Virus record (IMG/VR): IMGVR_UViG_3300045988_070014
Coordinates: 1 to 39,620 of that record
Reading direction: 5' to 3' (one strand)
Length of the DNA stretch: 39,620 nucleotides
Source of the DNA: a virus
Of the stretch, positions 15,184 through 23,269 are shown piece by piece. The notes under the pieces were generated by a model, which was not told the DNA's origin, made no database searches, and was given only the letters and a program-made list of their open reading frames with translations. A program made the position numbers and the translations under genes. The first letter of the stretch is position 1, and the number at the start of each line of letters is the position of its first letter.

Positions 15184-15841
15184 TCAATTCAACCTCCATA
15201 AACTTATTAATATCCTTTATTTCAAAATGTTCTCTTAAACAAGTTCTCACATCATTTCTTAAAATAGCGTAAATCCTTTTAGCCATATACTCTTTAGGTA
15301 CTGGAATTAATTCAGTCCCCCATTCTGAAAGACTTCTATCTATAGCACCTAATAGACTTATACTACTTTTCCATCCGTGTTTATGGTCGCCTGTACCTTC
15401 ATACATATGTTTGAAATATAAAGCATCTTCTATAAGTATTCTGTGTTTAGTCCCATTTGCTTTAAGCCTTGCGAACTCGTTATCTAAACGTTTCTTTTCT
15501 CCATTTGTAACCTTGATATTGCCCGCTAACTCGTTAATACTACCTTTCTTTTCTACAATAGTATATTTATCAAACCATAACGCCCTATCAATTCCCTCTA
15601 GCGTTCCTTTAGGTATCATAGCCGAGTAATCCCCTGCTGGTAAATTAGCTTCAAACAAGTCTTTTTTAGGAATTTTACACTCTTTATTATACTTTTTATA
15701 TTCCTCTGTAGAATAATATCTAACTTGACTCCTATCCCATTCAGATTTATAAGAGGAAGCTTTTTGCTCCCTCGAATCTATTATAATAATCATTTTATTT
15801 AATGCATTTTCTATTTCTCTTTCAGTAAATCTATATCTCAT
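15176..15841 (-). CDS. ERCC4-type (XPF/Mus81-like) nuclease
   Basis: 221 aa with IIIDSREQ, LPAGDY and IVEKKGSINELAGNI, which correspond to the ERCC4 D..RE / GDY / ERKxxxDL motifs. Confidence 0.7.
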   Translation of the reverse strand: MRYRFTEREIENALNKMIIIIDSREQKASSYKSEWDRSQVRYYSTEEYKKYNKECKIPKKDLFEANLPAGDYSAMIPKGTLEGIDRALWFDKYTIVEKKGSINELAGNIKVTNGEKKRLDNEFARLKANGTKHRILIEDALYFKHMYEGTGDHKHGWKSSISLLGAIDRSLSEWGTELIPVPKEYMAKRIYAILRNDVRTCLREHFEIKDINKFMEVELNE

Positions 15842-16431
15842 TATTTTTGAACTTTCTCCAATCTACTACAAATATTATCGTACTGTTCTTTAGTCATTTG
15901 ACTTATATCAGATACTCCAAATTCTTTTACGCATTGAGCAGTTATAGTTGCTTGGTTTATTCCTTTAGATTTTCCTATAGCAAACAATCTGCTTAATTGC
16001 TTATCTGATAGACCTTCCTTTGGCTTAGAACTTCCGTGAGTAGTTAAATTTGCATCATCGTCTTCGCCTGTATTAAGATTTAAAATAGCTTGATATGAAT
16101 ATCTTCTAAGATAAGTTATTAAACTACCCGCTTGTTGTGGGTCGTTTTTAACTGGTTTCATGAACAAAGGTTCACTCTCTATATATTCTCCGCTCTCATG
16201 TAGTAAAATAGTCTGTATTCCTATTTCTCCAGTTTCTTTGCTCAACGGCATTTGTAAGACTGACAAACCGTTTTTCTGTAATATATCTCTAGTCGCTAAT
16301 ATAAGCTTATCAAGTGTTACATAATCGCTCTTAAAAAATGGATTTTTAGCATCTTTTGATATACTTGTTACTTCGGCATTGAACTTCGCTAAAGCAACTG
16401 CTAATTTAACTATTGTTTCACTTCTATTCAT
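15841..16431 (-). CDS. ERF-family single-strand annealing protein
   Basis: 196 aa. ...KFNAEVTSISKDAKNPFFKSDYVTLDKL...GSLITYLRRYSYQAILNL is the typical ERF core. Confidence 0.85.
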   Translation of the reverse strand: MNRSETIVKLAVALAKFNAEVTSISKDAKNPFFKSDYVTLDKLILATRDILQKNGLSVLQMPLSKETGEIGIQTILLHESGEYIESEPLFMKPVKNDPQQAGSLITYLRRYSYQAILNLNTGEDDDANLTTHGSSKPKEGLSDKQLSRLFAIGKSKGINQATITAQCVKEFGVSDISQMTKEQYDNICSRLEKVQK

Positions 16432-16460
16432 AAAAATACCTCCTTTTAACTGACAATTTA

Positions 16461-16489
16461 ATTATACACTAACTTAACTACCTTGTCAA
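16461..16489 (-). promoter_or_regulatory. Conserved-family sigma-A promoter
   Basis: Minus strand TTGACAaggtagttaagttagtgTATAAT. Confidence 0.65.
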
Positions 16490-16981
16490 TTATCTTATTT
16501 TTAAACTTTCCTCTTGTACTAATTTAGCTCCTTCTATAATTTCGCCATTCTTTAAAGCTTCTTTAAGCATTTTCTTATCTATACTAGGAGTATTCACAAT
16601 AAATTGCTTTGGTATGGCATTTAAATCCTCCACAACCGTCTTAGGAGGGTTTTTCTTTATACTTACAGTAAATATTCCTCCTTTGACTTCTCTCTTCTCT
16701 AATCCGTTTATAGTGTCAAATAGATAGCCTTGTAAGTTTTCAATCTTATTCTCTCTTATCTTTCTTTCTTTTGCTAATCTTTTCTCTTCTGCTTTTAATG
16801 CTTCTGCTTCTGCTTGTAGGTTCTTGATTAATCTCACGATATTTTCTACCTTTGTAGATAAATCGCACTCTAATCCTTTCATGGAGTTTATAACTAACTC
16901 TTTTAAATTTTCATCTTCTCCCGCATTTTCTAAAACTTGTTGTAAGTTTCTAAAGTTTTGTGATAATTCATATAGTTTCAT
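16490..16981 (-). CDS. Siphovirus Gp157-like protein
   Basis: 163 aa. MKLYELSQNFRNLQQVLE... with a central coiled coil and ...FTVSIKKNPP.. at the C-terminus. It precedes the annealase, as in Sak/ERF modules. Confidence 0.7.
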   Translation of the reverse strand: MKLYELSQNFRNLQQVLENAGEDENLKELVINSMKGLECDLSTKVENIVRLIKNLQAEAEALKAEEKRLAKERKIRENKIENLQGYLFDTINGLEKREVKGGIFTVSIKKNPPKTVVEDLNAIPKQFIVNTPSIDKKMLKEALKNGEIIEGAKLVQEESLKIR

Positions 16982-16992
16982 TTTTTACCACC

Positions 16993-17208
16993 TCAATCTC
17001 TTATTATTTCAAATATTTTTTTCTCTTCATCATATTCTATCAAGACGTAATCTACAATTGTTTCATCATGTTCTAAATCACCATAACTAAAAAATTCCTC
17101 ACACTCGATACAAATATAGCCATCTTCTATATAAAAATCAATCATTTCTTCACATCCACAATTTGGACACACAAGTTTATTTTCTTTTAACGCATATTGT
17201 TTCAACAT
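16993..17208 (-). CDS. Zinc-ribbon protein (71 aa)
   Basis: CPNCGC...CIEC motif. Confidence 0.55.
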   Translation of the reverse strand: MLKQYALKENKLVCPNCGCEEMIDFYIEDGYICIECEEFFSYGDLEHDETIVDYVLIEYDEEKKIFEIIRD

Positions 17209-17429
17209 TAAATAACTCCCTCCTCTTTAAACTGTTTTATATAAGGTCTTAAAACTTTAACCGTTTCCGGTCCTTTAGGGCAACCTATCATAAAAGCGAT
17301 TCTTTTAATAAATCTAGTTGTTAACTCCGGACTTTTGTAAACTGCCATGTTGGTTTTGCAAGTCCTTTCTTCCATTCTTCTCCAATCTTGAAGTGCTTTT
17401 CTAATTTCACTTTTCTTAATAACCATCAT
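17208..17429 (-). CDS. Hypothetical protein (73 aa), first gene of the early operon
   Basis: RBS aaggaggt. About 30 nt downstream of the promoter at 17460-17487. Confidence 0.55.
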   Translation of the reverse strand: MMVIKKSEIRKALQDWRRMEERTCKTNMAVYKSPELTTRFIKRIAFMIGCPKGPETVKVLRPYIKQFKEEGVI

Positions 17430-17459
17430 AATACCTCCTTGATGTTCTCTACAAGTATA

Positions 17460-17487
17460 ATTATAGCATACTTAATTATCTTGTCAA
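17460..17487 (-). promoter_or_regulatory. Conserved-family sigma-A promoter (early operon)
   Basis: Minus strand TTGACAagataattaagtatgcTATAAT. Confidence 0.7.
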
Positions 17488-17594
17488 CACTTTTATTAAA
17501 AAAAATAATTATGGGGTGATAATGTGAAAATATTTTATTTCGTTATTCGTCTTGAAACATCTTTGAACCATTATAAGAAATAGAAATTAATCAC

Positions 17595-17917
17595 TTACTA
17601 CACTTACTACAAAAACTACATCATTTTCTATATAGCACATTTTTATATAAAATATATATATTATTTTATTACTTATAATAAAGTCTTATAATTTAATGTA
17701 GTAAATGTAGTAAATATATATAAAGCATTGGTATCACTAGCTTACAAAGGGTTTTAAAAATGTAGTAATTATGTAGTAAAAAATGTAGTAAGCTTAAAAA
17801 TGTAGTAAATATTTTAATTAATCATGAATTGATTGGTAACATTTTGTTTATAATTAAGTGTAGTAAATGTAGTAAAACTACAAAAATGTAACTTAAAAAT
17901 GTAGTAAATGTAGTAAT
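17595..17917. repeat. Iteron array 2 (homologous copy of array 1)
   Basis: 10 forward TGTAGTAA and 2 inverted TTACTACA copies, with the same order of sub-blocks and the same AT-rich core as 2165-2530. Confidence 0.85.
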
Positions 17918-17943
17918 AAAAAAAGACACTCTTTCGAGCGTCT
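17917..17943 (-). terminator. Rho-independent terminator
   Basis: Minus strand AGACGCUC-GAAA-GAGUGUCU (8 bp) followed by UUUUUUUAUU. Confidence 0.85.
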
Positions 17944-18194
17944 ATAATGTAAGCACCTCAATTATTTATAGTCCTTGCAAGGATTGGACAGGCACTCTTG
18001 TTTTAATGTGCAGAGTTGCACTCACCTAGCTTACTTTTTGTTCTTTCGGTGTTAAAGGACTTATTTTCTTATAGAAAGCCTTTGTATCTACTGATACTAT
18101 ATAATAGTTTTTATTGCTTAACGGACAACGCCATCACTACAAAGGCATGAATCCTAGAATGGATACCGAGAAGCTCGTAATTAGAAACGCTTCT
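17917..18194 (-). ncRNA. Structured non-coding RNA of about 275 nt (or long structured 3' UTR), class unknown
   Basis: No ORF, and visibly higher GC than the flanks. Long-range helices are GCCUUUGUA/UACAAAGGC and GUAAGC/GCUUAC; hairpins include GUGCA-acuc-UGCAC, GAAGC..GCUUC and ACUAU-uau-AUAGU. It has its own promoter-like element and a strong terminator. Confidence 0.6.
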
Positions 18195-18200
18195 ATGATA

Positions 18201-18230
18201 ATTATAACACTTACTTACTTCGTTTGTAAA
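18201..18230 (-). promoter_or_regulatory. Promoter-like element upstream of the structured RNA
   Basis: Minus strand TTTACAaacgaagtaagtaagtgtTATAAT (N18). The spacer resembles the promoter family. Confidence 0.45.
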
Positions 18231-18339
18231 GCATCATAGTATAATTCTTTAAATACCTAGCATACTCATAAGCTTCCTTTGTGGTCTTGCAAGTCTTTGT
18301 TTGTAATAATTCGTTAGCGATTTTATCAACATTCTTCAT
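18211..18339 (-). CDS. Small protein (42 aa)
   Basis: RBS aggaggt then ATG. Sequence is MKNVDKIANELLQTKTCKTTKEAYEYARYLKNYTMMLYKRSK. Confidence 0.45.
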   Translation of the reverse strand: MKNVDKIANELLQTKTCKTTKEAYEYARYLKNYTMMLYKRSK

Positions 18340-18396
18340 AAAAAAATACCTCCTAAAGCTTTATATTTTATATATATGCTCTAAGAGGTAAAAAGA

Positions 18397-18924
18397 TTAC
18401 TCTTTTTCTTCAATTTCTTTAACTTTATCATGAAGCATTTTATCAACTAACTTGATATAACTTGCATCATATCCAGTAAACTCAAAGTCTTGTAACCATC
18501 TGCGTATCTTTTCTATTTCTTTAGAAACTCCGCAAAGGGGTTTTAAGACTTTTTCGCTTTCTTTAGGGAATTTAGCGACTAATCTATTAGATATAGAGGC
18601 TATAGTGGTATAAACTTCGATTTCCCAATCTAAATACAATTCTAAATGTTCCTTTATAGATAAAGGTTCTTTAACTCCTTCTAATTCCTCCCAAGACGGT
18701 TCAAGGTTTTCGCTGAACATATCAATTACATAGTGTTGTAAATCCACCCTATGACATCTATCCTCTTTAGATTGAACTTTATGCCATCTTTTAAACCCTT
18801 GTAATCCTTTCATGTGTGCTGACCTGCTAAGGGTATCGTGAATCATTTCACCTCTAGCACTTAAATTTATAGCTTCTTTTAATAGTTTTATAGCTTCATT
18901 GTTGAAATCATAACTTTTAATCAT
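18397..18924 (-). CDS. Four-helix-bundle, ferritin-like protein (tentative)
   Basis: 175 aa. ..AHMKGLQGFKRWHKVQSKEDRCHRVDLQHYV.. resembles ferritin helices A/B (G..GFa.W...Qa.EE..H). Confidence 0.35.
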   Translation of the reverse strand: MIKSYDFNNEAIKLLKEAINLSARGEMIHDTLSRSAHMKGLQGFKRWHKVQSKEDRCHRVDLQHYVIDMFSENLEPSWEELEGVKEPLSIKEHLELYLDWEIEVYTTIASISNRLVAKFPKESEKVLKPLCGVSKEIEKIRRWLQDFEFTGYDASYIKLVDKMLHDKVKEIEEKE

Positions 18925-19312
18925 GTTTTATATCCCTCAATTTCATCATAGTGTTGTTATACATTTTTGAGTGAAGTATTTTCATATCTTCCATTAATTC
19001 ATTTATAACAATCATTATAGCCTTTGTACCAGCTTCTAAGCCATGTTTATTTATTATCTTAGAAACACATTCCATAAACTCTGTATCCTCTCCGAGTGGC
19101 TCGTAAACCATTTTAGCTGATGAATATTCCATGGTTTTATCTTTTTCTAACATAGATTCTATTTTTAAAGCATCTTTTATATTATCAAGTGCCATGGTCA
19201 TAGCTTCAACACATTCACAATCCCATTTATCGGTTACCATAGCTTTCTCTATTTTAGGCAAAGCTTTATCAATTATCTTTCCATTAACTTCTATTATTTT
19301 ATTGTAATCCAT
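18917..19312 (-). CDS. Hypothetical protein (131 aa)
   Basis: The ORF is translationally coupled on both sides. Confidence 0.55.
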   Translation of the reverse strand: MDYNKIIEVNGKIIDKALPKIEKAMVTDKWDCECVEAMTMALDNIKDALKIESMLEKDKTMEYSSAKMVYEPLGEDTEFMECVSKIINKHGLEAGTKAIMIVINELMEDMKILHSKMYNNTMMKLRDIKHD

Positions 19313-19512
19313 TATTTACCCTCCTTTAATAATTTGATTATTTCATTATTTTGCTTTATTATAGTTTCTAAAAATAGAACATTTTGTTTTTTTAATTCTT
19401 CCAATAATTCATCATTAGAAGTTTGTTTTATATTTTCCATATAGTTTAAAACTCCTAAAAATGTTCCAAATAAAGCTAGATAATCTATATCGTTATTAAA
19501 ATTATTATTCAT
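19312..19512 (-). CDS. Hypothetical protein (66 aa)
   Basis: Coupled ORF (ATGAATAA overlap). Confidence 0.5.
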   Translation of the reverse strand: MNNNFNNDIDYLALFGTFLGVLNYMENIKQTSNDELLEELKKQNVLFLETIIKQNNEIIKLLKEGK

Positions 19513-19882
19513 TTTCTTTTAGTAATGCAGGTGCTGTAGAGAAACAAGTATAAGGCACTCCACATTCTAACGAGAAATGAATAGGGTCATCACCATATAT
19601 TATTTGATATCTTCTTCTACTTCTTATTTGGTCTGCTCTTAAATTATTACCTGTTCTTACTCTAACTGGTATAACATCTGTTCCATTTTCAATTACAACT
19701 GGTAAATTGCTAGCCCCTGCCGGAATTGATTGTGCTATTATTAAACATCTTCTTTCTAAATTAGTAAAAGTCTGTGTTGGCACTGTTATTGTTAAAACTT
19801 GGTTTGGTGCTGTTCCTGTTACAGCAATACTTGTTGACATTAATCTTCTGTTGCAACAATTACATATTTTATTACATGTCAT
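19505..19882 (-). CDS. Cysteine-rich hypothetical protein (125 aa)
   Basis: MTCNKICNCCNRR... at the N-terminus and ..ECGVPYTCF.. at the C-terminus, with a beta-rich core. Confidence 0.55.
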   Translation of the reverse strand: MTCNKICNCCNRRLMSTSIAVTGTAPNQVLTITVPTQTFTNLERRCLIIAQSIPAGASNLPVVIENGTDVIPVRVRTGNNLRADQIRSRRRYQIIYGDDPIHFSLECGVPYTCFSTAPALLKENE

Positions 19883-19916
19883 TAAAAATTCACTCCTTGT
19901 ATTGTAATATTCTTAA

Positions 19917-19944
19917 AAGAAAAAAGAGAGGATTTCTCCCCTCT
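19917..19944 (-). terminator. Rho-independent terminator inside the cargo cluster
   Basis: Minus strand AGAGGGGA-GAAA-UCCUCUCU followed by UUUUUUCUUUU. Confidence 0.75.
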
Positions 19945-19967
19945 TAAATCACCTCTTTTGAGGGAAA

Positions 19968-20585
19968 TTAAACTAATCCACAACCGTAACCATTAAATGC
20001 ACTTGTATATGGTGAACAAGTTATATAAGATGGTGTAGGAAAAGGTCTTAATGTAGAAATTAAGTGAGCATTTTGTGCTTGTTGGCTCAATTGTAAGTTA
20101 GCAGTATTTAAGCTATCTCTTAATGATTGAATTTCTGATTGAGTTAAATAATTGATTATTCTATCGGCATTTTTCTCGCTAGCTTGAATTATTGCGCAAG
20201 TATTTTGTGCGTTCTCATATCTAACCGCATCTATATTTCTATTAGTTTCGCAGCAGTTATTAGATAATTGAGCCTGTAAATCTTTAAAGTTACTTAAATT
20301 TTCATAACCTAAACTACATAATCCTTGTTGTAAAGAATTAGCTGTAAATGTATTTTGGTCTTGTATTCTTCCTAATTGATTAGAAAGATTTGAGTACATA
20401 AAGTCGTTGTTTATTTGACCAACTGTACCATTTGCACCTCCAAATCCTCCGAAACCATTTCCTCCCCATGCTAGCAAAAAGAAAAGGAAGAAAATCCATG
20501 CTCCGCCATTGCCGAACATTCCCTCATCATTTCTGTTATCTAGATTATATACTGGCGTAACGCCTAACCCTTCTGTCATAGCCAT
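19968..20585 (-). CDS. Membrane-anchored Q/N/S-rich protein with conserved cysteines (205 aa)
   Basis: The TM/Gly-Phe segment is GGAWIFFLFFLLAWGGNGFGGFGGANG. A long polar helical region follows, with CC..C, ending ..GYGCGLV. Confidence 0.55.
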   Translation of the reverse strand: MAMTEGLGVTPVYNLDNRNDEGMFGNGGAWIFFLFFLLAWGGNGFGGFGGANGTVGQINNDFMYSNLSNQLGRIQDQNTFTANSLQQGLCSLGYENLSNFKDLQAQLSNNCCETNRNIDAVRYENAQNTCAIIQASEKNADRIINYLTQSEIQSLRDSLNTANLQLSQQAQNAHLISTLRPFPTPSYITCSPYTSAFNGYGCGLV

Positions 20586-20627
20586 GTTTGACTACCTCCT
20601 TAAATATATATATTTATATTAAAGTTC

Positions 20628-20861
20628 TTAGAACTTAATACCAAATTGTTGAGCCATCTGTCTGACTTGCTCTTCATTCATTCCTTTTTGTTTAGCAATA
20701 TTCATAATAGTTTCTTGAATTTGTTGAGGGTTTTTGCCTTCTAACATTTTCTTTGCTTGTCCCATCATAGGATTATTACCAAACATATTCATTAGCTGCA
20801 TAGGATTTATATTTCCCCCTTGCATCATTTGCATTAATTGCATCGGATTAAAATTATTCAT
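20628..20861 (-). CDS. M/Q/N/P-rich low-complexity protein (77 aa)
   Basis: NPMQLMQMMQGGNINPMQLMNMFGNNPMMGQ repeats followed by a helical C-terminus. Confidence 0.5.
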   Translation of the reverse strand: MNNFNPMQLMQMMQGGNINPMQLMNMFGNNPMMGQAKKMLEGKNPQQIQETIMNIAKQKGMNEEQVRQMAQQFGIKF

Positions 20862-21288
20862 TTTTATTACCTCCTAATTGGTTTAATAAACTATCTAATA
20901 CATTCTTATAATTGTCTAAATCGCTTTTTAAGGCGTTATATTCTTCTTTAGTGCAATAACCTTCGGTTTGTTTTTCTTCCTCTATAGAAAGCGTATAAGT
21001 ATCTATATGTGGCAAACCGTTCATATCTATATATTTAGTGTATAATTTCTTGTTTGTTGTATCTTCAAACCACAATTTACTACCGTCAAAATTCGGAGTT
21101 ATTCCTCTAACTTCTTCTATAGATGTAACTGGTCTTATAGAAGGGAATTGAGGTTGTTGAACTTGTTGTATTGGTTGTTGTTGCTGATTAAATTGTTGTT
21201 CTAAAGCACTTAATCTATTATTCGCAAAGTTAGGATTAAAATTAGGATTCATTCCATAATTCCCATATCCACCATAATAAGGATTCAT
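20854..21288 (-). CDS. Protein with an N/Q/Y/G-rich N-terminus and a globular C-terminus (144 aa)
   Basis: MNPYYGGYGNYGMNPNFNPNFANN...QQQQPIQQVQQPQF followed by IRPVTSIEEVRGITPNFDGSKLWFEDTTNKKLYTK. RBS aggaggt. Confidence 0.6.
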   Translation of the reverse strand: MNPYYGGYGNYGMNPNFNPNFANNRLSALEQQFNQQQQPIQQVQQPQFPSIRPVTSIEEVRGITPNFDGSKLWFEDTTNKKLYTKYIDMNGLPHIDTYTLSIEEEKQTEGYCTKEEYNALKSDLDNYKNVLDSLLNQLGGNKNE

Positions 21289-21382
21289 ATTATTACCTCC
21301 TGTTCTTTATACTTTAATTTTACATTAGGTTATAACGGTTCTTAAATAGAAATAAACGGTAAGTTTTAGGTAAATTAAACGT

Positions 21383-21405
21383 AAAAAAAGCACCCTTTCG
21401 GATGC
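21383..21405 (-). terminator. Rho-independent terminator after the Bro-N gene
   Basis: Minus strand GCAUCC-GAAA-GGGUGC followed by UUUUUUUAC. Confidence 0.75.
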
Positions 21406-21412
21406 TTCAATA

Positions 21413-22105
21413 TTATTCTTGCATATTCCTTATATTAAAATTGCTATAACTATTTAAAATTGATTTTATACACATCATAGATAATTGTAAGTTGTAATTT
21501 ATAAATCTTACTCTTTGTATGCTTTCTCTATCCGTCTTAGGTTGACCATGTTTATTTAGATATTTACTTATAAACGCTTTTACAAAATCCATAGGGACAT
21601 CTATAGCACCTATTTTTAGACTATCTAAATCCCAGTTAACTTTTACCCAAGCACCGGTTATCTGTCTATCAAAGAATCTTAAAGCTTGATTTTCTTGAGA
21701 TAATAATTGATTTCTTTCTTTGATTATCTGTAATTCTTTTTCTAACTTTTCTATATCTGCATTTTTAGTTAGATAATAACCATCTTTTCTTATCTGTTTA
21801 AGTATTTTTTTAACTTCTTTCTTAAACTGTTTTGCAATCGGTTTTCTACTTTGCATTAATACTTCGTACAATCCATCTTCTGTTAAGAAATAAACTCTTG
21901 TTTTGTAATTACCACTCGTACTAATTGTACGAACGGTTTTTTCTTCTTCATCAACCTTTTTTAACATTTTAGAAACATTACTTTCTGAATAATCAATCCA
22001 TTCCGCTACATCTTTAGCTAAAAATAATGGGTTTTCTATATCTCCATAAATTTTAAATTCCTTTGATAATACCTCTTGTTGTTTAAAAACTTTTAATTCT
22101 TTCAT
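21413..22105 (-). CDS. Bro-N domain protein (antirepressor-like)
   Basis: 230 aa. KVFKQQEV..FKIYGDIENPLFLAKDVAEWIDYS...FLTEDGLYEVLMQSRKPIAKQFKKEV is the Bro-N signature. Confidence 0.8.
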   Translation of the reverse strand: MKELKVFKQQEVLSKEFKIYGDIENPLFLAKDVAEWIDYSESNVSKMLKKVDEEEKTVRTISTSGNYKTRVYFLTEDGLYEVLMQSRKPIAKQFKKEVKKILKQIRKDGYYLTKNADIEKLEKELQIIKERNQLLSQENQALRFFDRQITGAWVKVNWDLDSLKIGAIDVPMDFVKAFISKYLNKHGQPKTDRESIQRVRFINYNLQLSMMCIKSILNSYSNFNIRNMQE

Positions 22106-22106
22106 T

Positions 22107-22235
22107 TTATTTCTCTCCTTCTTTTTTATTATTCTCTCTTAATTCATATAACCCCTCTAGTATATCTAAAGGTGTTAATATATCATGATTAACTTCTATA
22201 TAAGAAATTATCATATCTAGTTGTTCATCTGTCAT
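22107..22235 (-). CDS. Small acidic protein (42 aa)
   Basis: RBS aggaggtg then ATG. Sequence is MTDEQLDMIISYIEVNHDILTPLDILEGLYELRENNKKEGEK. Confidence 0.45.
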   Translation of the reverse strand: MTDEQLDMIISYIEVNHDILTPLDILEGLYELRENNKKEGEK

Positions 22236-22313
22236 TTGTCTCACCTCCTGTAATTATAATAACATCTATAAAGGTTATAAAAATGACAAAAATATTACAA
22301 TTTGTAATTTGAA

Positions 22314-22341
22314 TAAAAAAAAGAGTAGATTTCTCTACTCT
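22314..22341 (-). terminator. Rho-independent terminator
   Basis: Minus strand AGAGUAG-agaaau-CUACUCU followed by UUUUUUUUAUUC. Confidence 0.75.
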
Positions 22342-22688
22342 TAATTGTTTAATATTTCTCTTTTTAATTTATTTAATTTCACCCCATAATAACTTACAAT
22401 GGGTATATTTACAATTCCTATTATAATAGCAAACGGGAAAAATAAGGTTAAAAATAAACTTAATATAATAATTAAAGCTGATATAGAAAAGCGATTACCT
22501 ATCCTTTTGTACTTAACCTCTAAATCATTATCCCCTTTTATTCTTTCCTCTATAACTCCAAGCTCTGCAACTCTTTGTTGTGCTTTATTTTGCTTTAATA
22601 TTTTTTCTTGTTGTTTTCTTTTCTTTCTATTTCTTCTAAAATCATTTATTTCACCAGCTACCCAAATTTTGGTTATGAACTCTAACAT
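22341..22688 (-). CDS. Membrane protein (115 aa)
   Basis: Basic N-terminus and two C-terminal TM segments (FSISALIIILSLFLTLFFPFAIIIGIVNIPIV). Confidence 0.55.
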   Translation of the reverse strand: MLEFITKIWVAGEINDFRRNRKKRKQQEKILKQNKAQQRVAELGVIEERIKGDNDLEVKYKRIGNRFSISALIIILSLFLTLFFPFAIIIGIVNIPIVSYYGVKLNKLKREILNN

Positions 22689-22949
22689 TTAAAACACCTT
22701 CCCAAACCCTAAAAATTTCATTTCTCTTTCAACTTCTTCTTTAGTTCCTTCAAATGTAACCTCTTTAATATCATTATTCCAAATATAATATAAAAGATTT
22801 TCACTTGCTATCTTTAACGCTTGTAATGGTTGTTCTCCCTCTTCAACTAAATCATGATACAATTCAAAATCAGCTTGATTATTTCGGTTGAGAGTGTAAG
22901 AAACACCCTCACATTCATATAAAGCGCCAACTTCAAAATAATTATTCAT
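22689..22949 (-). CDS. Hypothetical protein (86 aa)
   Basis: The ORF is tightly packed with its neighbours. Confidence 0.55.
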   Translation of the reverse strand: MNNYFEVGALYECEGVSYTLNRNNQADFELYHDLVEEGEQPLQALKIASENLLYYIWNNDIKEVTFEGTKEEVEREMKFLGFGKVF

Positions 22950-23088
22950 ACTCTTTATCCTCCTTAATTATACAGTCTATACAAAGCCAATACCCTAAGA
23001 ATTTACTTTTATACAATTCTCCAACATTCTTTTTACAGCAATCGCACTTTTTGTTGCTGCTATTTTGCTTTTTAAGATTAACTTTCAT
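22942..23088 (-). CDS. Small zinc-ribbon protein (48 aa)
   Basis: MKVNLKKQNSSNKKCDCCKKNVGELYKSKFLGYWLCIDCIIKEDKEYE has a CxCC...CxxC pattern and overlaps both neighbours. Confidence 0.4.
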   Translation of the reverse strand: MKVNLKKQNSSNKKCDCCKKNVGELYKSKFLGYWLCIDCIIKEDKEYE

Positions 23089-23269
23089 AATATCCCTCCA
23101 AATCAAATTCAACTTGATAATCTCTTTCTGTTATTTTTTTATCTTTAAGATTTTCATAATCTTTTCTAGTTCCTTTTACAAATGAAAAGGCGGTATGTGC
23201 ATCTATATCATATATTATTGCTAAAAGTAAAGCATAATAACCGTCATTCATATTTAATCCTCCAACCAA
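23078..23269 (-). CDS. Hypothetical protein (63 aa)
   Basis: Coupled ORF. Confidence 0.45.
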   Translation of the reverse strand: MVGGLNMNDGYYALLLAIIYDIDAHTAFSFVKGTRKDYENLKDKKITERDYQVEFDLEGYYES

